Counted from the stretch's first letter, positions 1 through 12,848 are shown. The stretch is DNA of 64,000 nt from Selaginella moellendorffii (GCF_000143415.4 NW_003314297.1:1291388-1355387); one strand, 5' to 3'. Program-made: numbers and translations. The notes: generated by a model from the letters alone, not told the origin.

Positions 1-1356
1 CATCAAGTCGGACGCAAACCCGGAGCTGGCGATCTGCTGGTGGATCCGGCTGCCTTGCTCCAGATCTTTCAAGCTCGCACAGACATCGATGACGGTGTTG
101 AGCGTGAGCCTGTCCGGTTTCACACCTTCGAGCATCATCTCGCGGTACAAAACCAGCGCTTGCTCCTGCCGGGAGCAGCGAGAGTACGCCGCGAGCAGGC
201 AGTTCCACGACGAGACGTCGCGAGCTTCGATTTGCGAGAACACTTCCTGCGCTTGCTGGGCGTCTCCCCACCTAGCGTACATGTTCACGAGGCTCGTTCC
301 AACGCCGACGTCCGACTCGAGTCCCCTCTCTCGGATCAAACCGTGAAGAACTCCTCCAACTTGGCGAGCTTCCGGATGATCCTTGCAAGCTCGCAAGACG
401 GCCATGAAAGTCATCTTGCTCGGCCTGTCACCCTCGAGATCCATCCTCTTGAGCAGCTCGAATGCCCGATCGAGCTTGCCGAAGTGAGACAGAGAAGCGA
501 TCATCACTGTCCAGAGCTCCACGTCCCGAGATTCGATCTTCTCCATCACCTTCCAGGCCTCGTCCAAGCTCCCACACTTCCCATACATCTTGATCAACGA
601 AGTAGCCAGCGATGGCGCTATGGACTCCTGGAATCCAGCCTCCTCCAAGAGCCTGTGGAGTTTCTTCCCTTGATCCAAAGAAGCCGGCCTCGAGCAAGCG
701 TGAAGAAGCGCGATAAACGTACCCTCGCTTGGCCGGACGCCTTCCAGGAGAGATTTCTTGAAGAGGAGCAGTGCCTCGTTGATCCAGCCCCTCCTCACGT
801 ACGCGGAGATCATCACTGTCCAGCACTCTCCATTCCTCTCCACCGCCATGGAATCGAAGAGCTTGCGAGCGCTTTCGACGCTTCCACACCTCACATACAT
901 CCCCAGCAGCGCCACTCCAACTCTCTTCCTCTTCGATTCCACCAGGTTGAGGCAGCTCGCGACGCAGTGGATTCTCTCCCCGGCCTCGAGCATTCTGGGA
1001 GAGGAGAGGCGATTGAGAGCGGCCACGATCAAGCTCTCGCTCGGCACACTCTCTTCCTCCTCCAGGCACGTCTCCTCGATCATCCTCACGGCTTCCTCGC
1101 ATCGACCTTGCTCCAAGTACTTTAGAATCAAGGAGTTCCATGGAACCCACCTCTCGACGCCATCCTTCTTGGAAGCCCCGATAGCATCCTTCGATCGCTC
1201 CTCCTGGACGAAATCGGGGATTTGTCCTTGACAGATTCCACTCGCCCTGGAAGGAAATCGTCCAAGAACATCGATATTTCCACTGCTGCCACGATTTTCT
1301 TCCTTGCCTCTGTGAACTCTACCGAAAAAATGCCTCCCACAGCTATGATCTATCAT
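1..1356 (-). CDS. PLS-class pentatricopeptide repeat (PPR) protein, 5' part; runs off the window start
   Basis: Open minus frame from ATG 1356 to position 1 with PPR repeats: ALLGMYVRCGSVESARKLFDSM...WTVMISAY, SLIKMYGKCGSLDEAWKVMEKIESRDVELWTVMI, SLVNMYARWGDAQQAQEVFSQIEARDVSSWNCLLAAY. The + strand ORF 40..1125 is its antisense shadow. Confidence 0.92.
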   Translation of the reverse strand, partial: MIDHSCGRHFFGRVHRGKEENRGSSGNIDVLGRFPSRASGICQGQIPDFVQEERSKDAIGASKKDGVERWVPWNSLILKYLEQGRCEEAVRMIEETCLEEEESVPSESLIVAALNRLSSPRMLEAGERIHCVASCLNLVESKRKRVGVALLGMYVRCGSVESARKLFDSMAVERNGECWTVMISAYVRRGWINEALLLFKKSLLEGVRPSEGTFIALLHACSRPASLDQGKKLHRLLEEAGFQESIAPSLATSLIKMYGKCGSLDEAWKVMEKIESRDVELWTVMIASLSHFGKLDRAFELLKRMDLEGDRPSKMTFMAVLRACKDHPEARQVGGVLHGLIRERGLESDVGVGTSLVNMYARWGDAQQAQEVFSQIEARDVSSWNCLLAAYSRCSRQEQALVLYREMMLEGVKPDRLTLNTVIDVCASLKDLEQGSRIHQQIASSGFASDLM

Positions 1357-1438
1357 CACTGGGCACCTTCCATTTTAGGGTTCTTCGCTCCAAGGAAAGG
1401 GTTTAAGGGGTTTAAGACAGAAATGTTTTAGGGTCTTC

Positions 1439-3087
1439 ATGCTCGCCCTGGGCAGCCGATTTCTTCGTCCCGGTCTTCGTTTACAGTGCGGATCTGGTCC
1501 TCAGCATCGGCATTGCATTGCGACTACGGTGAGTTTGAGATACGGCTCGACCGCTTTCGATTGATCTCGTCTCTCTGACAGGCGAGCATGGTTTCCAAGC
1601 CATTTGTGTGGACTCCAAATTTTATTCCAGTGGAACACGACGACATTTCAGAGTTTCCAGAGAGTAAGAAGAGAGAACGAAGAAAACGATCGCATTGTCA
1701 CGAATTTTGATTTTGCAGCTGGAAGCTTTCGAGTGGTTTCATACAACATTCTTGCACAAGTAGTGATTTAAATCTTTTTTCTTAGCTTCGATCGATCGAA
1801 ACGTTTTGTGTTCTTGTTCTTTTGCAGGTCTATGTGAAGAGTTCGCTGTTCCCTCATTCGCCATCCTTGTGTTTGAAGTAAGTTTCTCATCATTTTCTTG
1901 TCAAGTTTTTGCATCGCCGAGCATTTCTTTCGAAGGTGGAAGACGCGCTCAGAGCAAGTTCTATCGCGTCTTTTGTCTCTGGACGCTGATCTCCTTTGTC
2001 TCCAGGTTTGCGTTCGTTTATTCTGTAAGCTCAAAGCCTCCCTCTTCGTTTTCTTTGCAGGAGCTAGACGAATTTGAGAGCTTCTACAAGCCTCTCCTTG
2101 AAAGCAAAGGCTACTCTAGCATCTACGTACAGAGAAGTGGCAAGAAACGCGATGGCTGCGGCATCATCTACAAGGCCAAATGGTTAGCCTCGGATTGATT
2201 TTGCGAGGTTTGTTTGATATTTCATTCTACTCAGGTGCCAGCTGCTAAAACAACAGTTTCTCGACTATAACGACATCGCGCCTGATGAAACCACAGCCGG
2301 AAGAGCGTCGGAATCCGTCGGTATATATCCACACACGCCGATGTATTGTCTCTGATTTCTCAGTTCCAGAGGAAGAGAACAACAGAGATGTGAGCGATCC
2401 ACGCGTGCGCTTTCGAAGGAACTGTGTTGGAATTTTTTCGGCCTTTCGCTTCAATCACGCGCCTAGTAACATTGTTGTGATTGCAAACACGCACCTATAC
2501 TGGTAAGATAGTTCTGCCGAGTTCTTTATATCCTTTTTCTTTCCCAGGGATCCAGCGCTGCAAGACGTGAAACTCGCACAAGCCAAGTACCTGCTTGCAA
2601 AGCTCTTGCAGTTCGAGAAGGAGATATCTCAAGAATTCAACTCCAATCCTGTCGTTCTAGTCGCAGGGGATTTCAACTCCACTCCGGGTGATCGGGTAAA
2701 GTCTTTCATTCAAAGCTTGGAAAATGGAACAAATGCCGTCTTCTCTCTTCTCAGGTGTACAACTATATCACCTCCGGGCGTCGCAACTCCGGCCCCGACG
2801 TCGAGCTCTCTAGTTTCAAGGTGCCCGACTTGGAGAGCTTGAAAGTCCCAGCGATCCCACTCGACAGCCTGTACGCCGCTGCACAAGGCGAGCCAGCGTT
2901 CACGAACTGCACCCCGGATTTCACAGGAACTCTGGACTACATCTTCTTCAGTCCCTCGGCGTCCATGAGACCAAAGACGATCTTAGAGGTGCCTCGGCCG
3001 GATGCTCCAGACGTCAAGGGAGGGCTCCCAAACCATTTCCACCCCAGCGATCATCTTCCCATAGGAGCGGACTTCAGCCTCTCGTGA
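1439..3087 (+). CDS. CCR4: CCR4/nocturnin-family EEP deadenylase (CCR4 homolog 4-like), multi-exon, copy 1
   Basis: Spliced exons give MLALGSRFLRPG (possible organellar presequence), VVSYNILAQ, LCLQ/ELDE, RDGCGI, ANTHLYW, GDFNS, FTNCTPDFTGTLDYIF, PSDHLPIGADF; GT-AG introns. Confidence 0.9.
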
Positions 3088-3115
3088 AGAAGCAGCTCGT
3101 CCAGCAAACCAAAGC

Positions 3116-4507
3116 TTATCTTCGCTCCTTGAAGAACGGGTGTCTTAGAGCTTCTTTCGCTGTCAGCCGATCGGAGGCTCCATATCTAAGGAGACCCTCG
3201 AGCAAGTCTGTCAAGGAACTGGCAGAGTGCTCGACATGCAGTTGTACAAGCTCCTATTGAGGGAAAAACACAGACATGAACGGGAAGGAGTTTTTATTTT
3301 TCAATGTGTACACTACCTTGAGCCGTGGTAACCTTTTCACTGTCCGGATACTCTCGAGAGAAGAGGCTGCATCGGGCCAGTTTAGTTCCCTCCCGTTTTT
3401 GAAGTACTTCTGAGCTTTTCTACTGTAGAAAGCACCGTGGGATGAGCCACAAGGTTTATAGATCCAGTACAAATCCGACTTACTCTACGTTATCGATTAT
3501 GCGTCTGGGAATGGGACCGAGAATTCTTTCCATCATTGCCAGGTGCTCGAGATTTTCGTGAGTCTGAAACAATGGATCTCCCTGGAAGCAGCCAAGAAAT
3601 ATGAGATTAATGGACTTTGCAGTTTTCTTACCGAGAAAAGCTCCACTAAGATGCAACCAACGCTCCACAAATCACACGCGTACGACCATCCAAGGCCTAG
3701 AAAATATGTATTGTCAAGATAACACTTAAGCAAAAGAAACACCCAACGTACCCAGGATGATCTCGGGTGCTCTATATTGCCTTGTAGACACTATGGACGA
3801 GTGGTGCTGGTTTTCAAACGTCGCACTCCCAAAATCTATCAGCCTTATTTCAGCTGATGTCGGTGTCCTGGTTAAGTGTTTATCCAGTCGAGCAGACTGT
3901 AACGGAAAAAGTGTTAATATTACTAGAAACGATCTAACAAAATGCACTACCTTGTAGTCGAGTGTCTTCACGTATGCCGAAGAGACCAGCAGTATGTTCT
4001 CCGGTTTTAAATCAGTATGAATCAAAGATAGCTCATGTAAGTCTATTAAAACAGGAAGCAAACAACAGTGCATCAATAACACGGGAGCTATAAACGAAAA
4101 CATCAAACGCGGCATACATGCTACAGAATTCAAAAGCTGCCAGCCGACATGTTCTATCGAGAATGGCCGGTAGCTATTCTTTTTCAGGAAATCGTACAGG
4201 CTTGGTCCAAGCTTTTCCGACACCTAAGTTCGCCAGTAAGTTTAGATGATGGTAAGGAAAATAAAATAAAATCGAGAAACTTACGATGCAGACATGATTC
4301 CGGTAATCGAACCACTCTTTCATCTGAAGACAGCCACTGCAAACAAAGGCTAAGAACTTTATGATGCTTAGTTGCAAGCTTTACCGTTTGCCATTCTTGT
4401 CATGCTTTTGAAGTGCTTTTAGAACGTCAATTTCAATCAGAGTGGCTTCTCTGTATTTTGGGACGTTTCTTATAACTTTAATGGCCACAAACTCCTGATA
4501 CTTCCGG
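3116..4507 (-). pseudogene. AFC/LAMMER kinase, 5'-truncated duplicate
   Basis: [21 protein letters not shown] and [11 protein letters not shown] are present. Homology to the intact copy stops at 4507, so the start exons and Gly-rich loop are missing. It also has a 9-bp deletion (EHV-GWQ vs EHVRDIGWQ). Confidence 0.85.
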
Positions 4508-4769
4508 CTTTGATTTACTACTAAATTGCTCTCTATGGACTTCGAAGTTCCTACCATGAGTATAATTCCTTCTTTAGTTTACTTCAAATTTGTGTCATTG
4601 AAACTTTTTCTTCTAGGTTTACTAGAAGACGTGGAAGAAAAGGAGGTGGATGGCCTTTCATCCAATTTTAGTGATTCGAACTGTGATTCAGGTGTGGATA
4701 ATGATAATGATGCTCTCCTAAAGGTTTGTTTAGTTTCCAGTCTCTTAGATTCATGATTTGCGATATTTC

Positions 4770-5795
4770 TAGGCCTTCTATAATTTTTTGCGATTGAGGG
4801 GATTTAGTAGTCCAGCTGCATTTAGCACCTAGATACACCTAAAGATCCTCAAGACTAAGACTATTGTTTACCTTGCATGCTATCTTAGAATTTCCAAGCC
4901 AACACTGTACAAATACATGTGGCTTGTTGATCCAAATTGGAGAAGTGTATATTACAGAGTACCACCTGAAAAGGTACTTTATCACATTCAGACTAACAAT
5001 GCCATGAATCGAGGTGGCACAAATTGAGGGATTATCAATTCTTTATCTAGTTGTCAAACTAGAGGATATTAGTTTAGCTGACACCAAATTTGTCAAGCCT
5101 TAACCACTCACAATCTAACTAGGCTGGAATAGAGGCACATGACAAGGATTTGACGATGGATTTATAAGAATGAGAAGGTTTATACACTTTGCTATATGGA
5201 TTGTGAGTATTCTTTCATTTTTGCTTTTTTGTCAGCATATGTGGTAACATGTTTATTGTAGTATATTGCAAGCTTGTAAGCTATGGTTTCTATGTATATG
5301 CCATTATTTGTAGGGCAACTCATTATATTGTAGCTTGTGAGCTAGCTACCTCCAAAGAATCCCATGCAATATTCAACATATGTGCGTAGGCTGTTTGTCA
5401 ATTTGGAAGGCTCAAGCGCATTCGGAGCAACAATGCTTTAGAGCACAATGAGGTTGAGAGGGACATGATTTGCTGTTTTCGTCCTGTAGCTAAGAGCTTC
5501 ATACGTGGGACATCAACACGTAACTAGGTACTCACAATGTTAGAGTTTTTTCAAATAAAAACTAAATCAAATTTGTTTTACAGCACATAGTGCATTTGTG
5601 GAGAGAGTTCTTTGAGTGCATGGTATGGTTTTATAAGCACCTTTTTAGTCCATGGAAGACATAGAAATTCTCAATGTATCTAATCCATGGCACAACTAGA
5701 GTCTACATTGTGTCTTTGCTCCGCACCTCAAGAAGGATATTTCACACTGGGTTGCAACCTAGAACTTCTATGATGTCCGTCCGTATCAATGTGGT
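4770..5795 (+). pseudogene. Integrase-like (rve/IS3-IS481-type) DDE transposase remnant with introns
   Basis: HTH YLACYLRISKPTLYKYM; then LCYMD|(intron 5203-5261)YCKLVSYGFYVYAIICRATHYIV...AVCQFGRLKRIRSNNALEH...FIRGTSTRN*|(intron 5528-5583)HIVHLWREF...FYKHLF...LHCVFAPHL. This is colinear with the recalled family consensus WHxDGxHKL..RSDxGxEN..HNQRIERLWRD..LHxVF. Confidence 0.8.
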
Positions 5796-8082
5796 AATTA
5801 TTTTAGACCATCTTATGTTCTTGCAAATTTATTTCAACTGATGGAACGAGAGCTTGGGTAAAAATTTTCGTAATGTTACAGAATTCTTTATAAATTATGC
5901 TTTTGTAAGATTATATCGGCTGTTGGTGAAAAAGATATTGAAGACATACCGGGACCTTTTCTCTCCAATGTTGAAGGTGCAACTCTGTCAAAGGTAATCT
6001 TTAGAGCAAGAATAGAACAATTTCTTTTAATCTATTTCATTGTGCTTGGCTACCTTATAAGCTCTTGGCACTGTTTAAAACCAAGCATTTTTTATGCATC
6101 GGGAGGGACTCAATTTGGATGAGTAATATTTACTTTATTTGGATCTAACAATGGAGTGTGCAATGGCTAATATTACGGGTGTAAATCTACCACTACATCG
6201 AGAGTGCTTTGCTTACAGCAACACCAGTGAAGCGACGAGCTTTGGAAAAATTATACTTGGCCATACTCGGAGAAAATTGAGTGTTCTTTAGTGTACATTT
6301 CAAATTTAAATTTAATTCTTGATTTCCTCAATTTTAGGGTTCCCACATTCGGGATTAGGGTTTACACCAAGTCCCAAATGTGCCTTGGATACAAGGCAAT
6401 TTCATTTTATGACATGATTTTGTCGATGGTTTGTTCATTTTTCCAATCGATTCGCATCATCTAATCAGAGGCAAGGCTTCTAGTGCACACTCCCCTAATT
6501 GCAAGACCACCACCCAAGCAAGAGCGCCACAGCTACGATGGTGGGTAGCTTCTCCTCGATTAGGTTTGCATAACCAATCCCTTGTGGTTTCCATGCTCGA
6601 AGGAAGAACATTGCACGCCTCAACAGTAGTAGACACTATGCAGGAAACACTTCAGAAGCATGCACCCAAGCACTTGATGTTCTGCAATCAGTACAGCCAA
6701 CAATCTCGTGAGACACACGCTAGCCACTTGATTTTCCAAACTCCGCAGCAGGGACATCAACTCCAACAACATCCCATCCACAGCTCCTGACTGCATTTGA
6801 GCAAGCAGAGTGCCACCTAACATTGCATACACTGCAACATATATGGAACCTCCAACATGTTTCGTTCTCTTCACCTTCCTTGGAAAGCAGCAGCCTAAGC
6901 ATCTGAAATGAGCAAGTCCGAATGCCTCATGCCCATGGTGTTATTCAATCTGGAATGCTACCACCAACACCAACTACAAGACGTGCTCACGGAAGCCCAT
7001 ATAGTGCCACTACTACCAGCCCCACAACTCCACTAGCCACTACAATTCTCGCAACTCCATCTACCAATACAAGTGCTAGTATCTGGCCATCTACCTCCCG
7101 AAGCAACAAGCAGTCTAGTTCGGTAAGTTTTTCATTTATACCCGTCTTTTTTCCATGTGTTTTTCTGAGTAGGGTGAGTTGGCAATGCCACCACACCAGC
7201 GAGCTCATAGTTCCCCATCAGCATTCCACAACTACTCCCAAAGATCAACATCATCATCTAGTGGAGCTTCGATATCTAGATATATTCAAAGTAAACCCTC
7301 AGGGGGGGTTGCCATGTGAGACACAGGTATACATGACCTTATGCACTCTTCAAATTTTTTTTCTTTAGATTTGTTTGACTCATTTTTGTTTCACTGTGCT
7401 AGACTCTCTCACCGCTTGTAGCTGCATTGCACACCTATACCGATAACAATCGACAGTCTTTATTTTGTCATCGTGGATGTCATGGCAGTCGATCCAAAGT
7501 CATTGGTGGAATGTCTTCTATGACACCCTTGGTCGCTCAGCTGTTCACCACAGTCTTTGTCACCAAGTGGATTGCAATCCCGAAGACTTGGCATGTACAC
7601 TTGTATAGGTAGAAAAAAGAGCCATCTATGAAGGTGACGAAACTTGATGAGCTAGCAGTGGACCTCCAAGAGTGTCTTATATGAGATGGCTTATACTCCA
7701 GTATTCGTTTCCAACCCGGCACGGCCCAACATGTGATTCTACTATTACTTCAAGCCTCAGGAATCCAACCTTAATCCATGAACAACCTAGGAGCATTTGT
7801 CTGGTGTGCAAGGCAATCCAATAGTGGTGAGGCCTATGCCGAGTCTGCAAAATTTGGCCTCAACTCTATCCGGCCTTGCTACTGGACTCCTCAAACATCA
7901 TAGGGAGCTATAGCAAACAAGGCCAATGGCAACTGGGCAATAGTAATATACCTATACAATGTTATGGAACATCTTATTGACAAACATTGGCTAAGTTATC
8001 AAAAGCAAGCCTGAGCACTCGAGGAGAAGGATGTTCATGAATGTAAGTCATTATTTTTTTTAAGTTCCCTCATAAATATATG

Positions 8083-10701
8083 TTATAGTCTTTGCAGTTG
8101 TGGCTGCTACAAATATCTTGACTGCAAATGATGATCCCTTGGTGATAGAGCCATTTCTCCCAAGGCTAACCACGTAGGAACCAAACCAAGATGAGATTAA
8201 TGAAGAAGAAGACTCTACGGATGAAGAGGACATTCTTCCATTATCAAAAGAAACTCTCCCCACATAAGACAATATGAACATCACTGAAGTAAAAGAACAA
8301 GGTGATGGTGGGGATGAACCACACTAAGGATCTCTAGAAACATCCTTGTCACCAGAGATAGTGGCTCTATGCCATGTGGCTAGTAAGAAGCATTAACATA
8401 AATGAATATTTCCTTCATTTTCTAATTTTTGAGTGCAGATAGGCCAATGGTAGTGTATGACAGTGACGGTAGAGGCCTTGAAGACCATGGTGTGCCTCCA
8501 CCCCCCTTTCTAGAGGGAAGTAGCTCCACTCCACTTACTCTTATGGAGTTGCTTGACAACTTTTCCACAGTAGAGTAAGATAATTGAAAATTGTGCTATT
8601 CGAAATTGAACTAATGTTTACATGTAAATTATTGGAGTGTCAACAACGATGGATTGATGCCACCAATGCATTTAATAAAGTTATTCAGTTAACCACTCAG
8701 AATAGTGCCAACTTCATCATGTTGCAGCATGAGGAGGTTTCTGCCTTACAGGATACCAGCATAGCCCTTGAGGTGAGGGCATAAAGGGATGTTAAAGTTC
8801 TTTCACAGGTGCAATGGTTGAAACACAAGCTTTTTGGTTGCTTTAGCATAGAGAGCACAAGTGACAAGGAGATGCTAGATGTTGTTACTAGACACTCTAA
8901 GTTCCATTGGGCTAGAGGTGAAATATTTTTTCGGCGCGTGCTTTTTAGCCAAGCCATGCCTCATTAGTAGAATTGAGAGAGTGTTCTCCTTAAGCTTGGC
9001 CTTTTAAAAGCATAGTATGAGGGTGTGTTTTGTGATAACACAATCTCCTTACTAAAGGAAGCATCAATATGCCTCCTTCAATTGTTGAGTTCACAATAGC
9101 ATGGTTTATTGAAAAGAGGTACGTGTATTTATTTTTTAGCATTTAGTACCATCTTATTGTTTTGTGCAGGGACCTACGTAGGAATTGGGTGGATGCACAA
9201 CAATTGAGAGAATTATTTGACACTGCTGAAACACTATATTGTAAGTTCTCCCATTTCTGCATCGAAAAGGCCATGCTTTGGCCATGCTTCGGCCATACAG
9301 ACTTGCTCATACACATTTGAGGCCATTTCACATTTTAGTAAGCAATGGATTGCCTATGAATTGGAGTTCCCTCACTTGTCCTTCCGGATTGCACCAAACA
9401 ATGAATTCAGTTGTTTCCACTTCGCCTTCAATACTAATCTCCACACACCAAATTACAAAGTGGTCTATGCATCTGAGATTGGAGGAGCTTTGGTGTGGGA
9501 AGAAGCCATAATAGATGTAGATGAGCCACATGCAAAAGCCATTAGGGAGGTTGTTCACCAGATTCCAGGATTGGTAAGTGTAATTTTTACTTAGCTCACT
9601 ATAGTAACTTTGTGTTACAGATGCATGGACTGTTTGTGCTTAGGGAAGGAGCCATGTATTGGCATCCCAGGATGCCAGTGCATTCTAAGATGTTGCAACA
9701 AGAAAAGTGGGATATGGTAAATCACAAGTTTTATATGCCTCTCATTTCTATATGCATAGGCTGTCTTTGTGGGCTAGTTGCATTCAAATGTAATACACAG
9801 GTGTCTTGCGGGTGTACAATTGCAACATTGGCAATTGCAGTTGGAGAGGTTCCAAATGAAAATGACTGACAACTTGCCTGAGGAAGATTATATGAGATGG
9901 ACCTCAAAGCATGCACGCCGCATATTTAGAATCCACTCAACCAATTGTGAGGTGCATCAAGCGTAAAGGAGGAGGGCAATCGGCACAAGTCTATAGATTC
10001 CATTCTAGAGAACTTTGCAATTACCAACTACAACACAATGCTTGAGTCTAGACTCACTAAACTTGGTGAAGGTTATGAGTAGGCTGTGGAGGCATGTATG
10101 GCTGCAGTGGTCTGGCGTTACCTATTCATCAAGCCAAACGTAATGGGAGACTTACTTTGAGATGGCTTCCAACACTCAATGTGTATGGAAACTTGTTAGA
10201 GGCTTTACAAGAGTCCAGTATTGCTAGGTGGGCTTTCACTCATTGGGACAGATGCTTTGTTACAGGTCTTCTGGGTAAGGACAATCATTCCTCCTACGGA
10301 GTTCATCAACTGTCTGATCTTTGATCAGGACTTTGGAGAGAACTTCCGCAGCTAGATTGTGGATATCATCCAAGGTAACTATTTACTTTCACAAACAACT
10401 AAAACTTTTGTATATTTGAACATTTTATAGATATAAGCTCGAAAGAGTTATCCAAGTTCCTTGATAAGGAGATCCTATTTGGTACATCATCTACTCAATT
10501 TCCCAGATTCTCCACATGCACACGAGAAGTTTTCTTCCCTTTAACATACCCGTTAATGGAGTAGACCAAACACAAGATCCATCAGGCACTCCAAAATCTA
10601 GAGAGCTTGTATGGATTGGGCTGATGTTGTGGAAGTACTATAATCGAGACACTTTCACAATAAAAATAGATAATTGTCTTGAAGTATGTTTCACACTTTG
10701 A
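8083..10701 (+). pseudogene. HECT-like E3 ubiquitin ligase remnant, copy 1 (transposon cargo)
   Basis: Exons give EEAIIDVDEPHAKAIREVVHQI, GLFVLREGAMYWHP, AVFVG*L, YEMDLKACTPHI, ELSKF, and C-terminal PKSR(fs)ACMDW(fs)LMLWKYYNRDTFTIKIDNCLE, in HECT motif order. Confidence 0.65.
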
Positions 10702-10919
10702 AAGAGACTCTTTCTAGTTCATTGGTGAAATTAAAGGTAAGAATATTCAAAATATTCTACAAATACCCATTATAGGCACTTGTGGCCCTTGGTACCCTTT
10801 TGGCTTATGCTTGTCTCACCAAAGGTAGCTTCCAAAGCAACTCCCAATTTAAGATCTGGGTCAAAACTATCAAGCTTGGGTGTTATATAATGCCTATCCT
10901 CACTTGAGGAACTCTCAAC

Positions 10920-11332
10920 TTATTTCATGGTAAAACCAAAATCATCCAGGTTTGTGAACTCGTCCTCTCTTGCATCTCGAGCAGTAATATATCCCTCGCT
11001 GTCGCTTTCTTTAACAGGACCTTTCCCCCCGGCGATTGGTACAACATTAGATGGAGTCTGAGGCTGCCTTGTCAGAGGGATTCTCAAGCCTTGAGAAGAG
11101 TAGGCATTATATAGAATCCTTGGTCCTATCCCCTGTTGGATCCATTGTTGTGCCTCAAAGAAGTCATAGAATCCTCTCCAATTTGCCATGCCAAGAGGAA
11201 ACCCAAAAACCTCAAACATTGCAAAAGGGTTAGAGTATATAGGAAACTATCACAAATTTACTTTTACCAAAGTGATCACAAGCTTCCAATCCCTGAAAAC
11301 TCCAGTTCTTCAGCCGTAAAACACAGCATATA
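10920..11332 (-). pseudogene. RNase H1 N-terminal hybrid-binding (Cauli_VI-type) domain gene, copy 1, cut by an LTR
   Basis: Two exons: YAVFYG*RTGVFRDWKLVITL|VFGFPLGMANWRGFYDFFEAQQWI. Matches YAVxxGRxxGxxxxWxxxxxxVxGFxxAxxKxFxxxxEAxxW. Confidence 0.75.
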
Positions 11333-12848
11333 TGTAAGCTCCTGAGTTTAGACTTCCTGGGATGTCACCTAGCCCAGTACTATTCAAGCCCAAAGACGCT
11401 TAACCCCAACTATCCCAAAACCCTTAACCGATTGGAAAAGGGGGTGCACTCTTGTTCATGGGCCCTTTCCCTCTATATTTGAACCCCTATGGATCGTCTC
11501 TCGAATCGTTCCCTTTGGTTGCTTACAATCCATCACGCTTCCCTGCAAGTTCAAGCCCTCGTGAACGGAAGCTGAAAGCCGCAGCTCTCCCGAGAGCCCC
11601 GCTCTCTTGACACCCTACCCCTCGGGTCGAGCCCAGCGGGAGCAAACTGGACTAGCCAGATGTCAATCAACATATGGTGTGATTCCCTTAAGCCAACCAA
11701 CAGATTTGGACCTGAGACCGCTCCAATACCAAGTGGTATCGGAGCCAGGGACCGAGACCGGGACCGAGACCGAGACCAAGGCCGAGGCCGAGACTGAGCC
11801 CAAGCCCGAGTCCAAGTCCTAGTCCGAGTCTGAGTCCGAGTCCGAGTCTGAGAGGGTGAAAGCCCAAAGCGTTTGTCTCCCAGACCCTAGGGGGTTTGGT
11901 GAGCTCCAAAAGTATAGTAGGGGGAGGACTGCAGTGGAGCTAGTTTAGCCAGGAAAGGCCAGTTTGGCCCAGGAAGGCTGTACCCAGTGTTGGGTGATGA
12001 GCTGCCCACTGGGAAGTCCAAGACTAGAGTGAACACGAACCGACAAGCAGGGTAGCTTGGTGAACTATTCAAGAGCTAGCTCTAGTTCCCCCGGGAAATC
12101 GACTGGCCGATGCTCCCAGTCCAAGTGTGGGTGGCACTACCTACTTGGATACCTAGCATGGCTCAATGAAACCTTGCTCTAAGCCCATGGCTAGAGCACC
12201 TAAAGGTAGAAGGTGGGGAGAGTACCCATGAGGCTCGCGTAAGGCCATGGTGTTTTGAAGTGTTGTCCCAAAGTCCCAGATGGTGAAAAGGAAGAAGAGC
12301 AATCGTCTAGTGTAGTGACCAAGGATATGGTCACAGGGTGAGGAAGTCCCGAAGGACAGTGGGACTTAGAGGTCGGGTCTGCGAGCCTTCATCCAGTGGC
12401 AGTGTTGGCGAACACGGCCATCGATAGAAAAGGGACTTGGTGGGGACCGGAAAAGAGATGCTGGGGAAGGCTATTCCCCATGTCTGTGAGCATCCTAAAG
12501 ATGCTAAGGAGTGGATCTGGGTTGATCACTCATGGATGGATGGCCTAGTCTTTGAGAGACAGGACTGTGATGCAGGTGGTGTTAGACCACCAGTGCGACC
12601 AATGTAAATGGGCATGGCCTTAGCATAACGGGCTGAGAGGTCGGTGGTACCTTGGGGTGTCGATCATGGGATCGGACATGTGGAGCACTTGGAGCAAGTG
12701 CAAAGGTTGAGTGGCATGGATGCCATTCTCGGGGCTAGCAAGCCCCAAGTCTTGAATGGGACTTATGGAGGTTGTGAATGAGACTCCTCCAAGTGGTCGA
12801 AGATGCGGTTAAGTGACTAAAGTAGAATGGAAAAATTAATCGCTTACA
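11333..12848 (+). mobile_element. Solo LTR (1516 bp) of a Ty3/gypsy family, TGTAAGC...GCTTACA
   Basis: 7-bp terminal inverted repeat with TG..CA ends. Shares the hexamer array, the agcccaaag and tccaaaagtatagtag blocks and the 3' end (gcttaca) with the LTR at ~37375-38409, which is followed by a PBS and gag. Confidence 0.8.
11749..11851. repeat. Degenerate hexamer array (CCGAGA/CCGAGT) inside LTR
   Basis: gaccga gaccgg gaccga ... gtccga gtctga repeats. Confidence 0.9.

Larger units (their letters stand above)
1415..4507. repeat. ~3.1 kb direct repeat, copy A (CCR4 + 3' AFC); partner 17399-20493
   Basis: Near-identical sequence including introns; boundaries agaca(g/c)aaatgttttag ... ctgatacttccgg. 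Confidence 0.95.
8083..11332. repeat. ~3.25 kb internal tandem duplication unit 1 (partner 12849-16135)
   Basis: Colinear similarity estimated by eye at ~90%, with near-identical patches. Confidence 0.93.

Noticed and set aside
40-1125. 361-aa + strand ORF
   Set aside because: Antisense shadow of the minus-strand PPR frame; no recognisable motifs.
6431-8060. Additional cargo gene between the transposase and HECT
   Set aside because: Exon-like, Pro/Thr-rich and stop-riddled; I could not assign a domain, and it may be the HECT gene's 5' part.
11607-11909. GL/ET-repeat ORFs here and SD-repeat ORF at 37335-37640
   Set aside because: Translations of LTR hexamer arrays.
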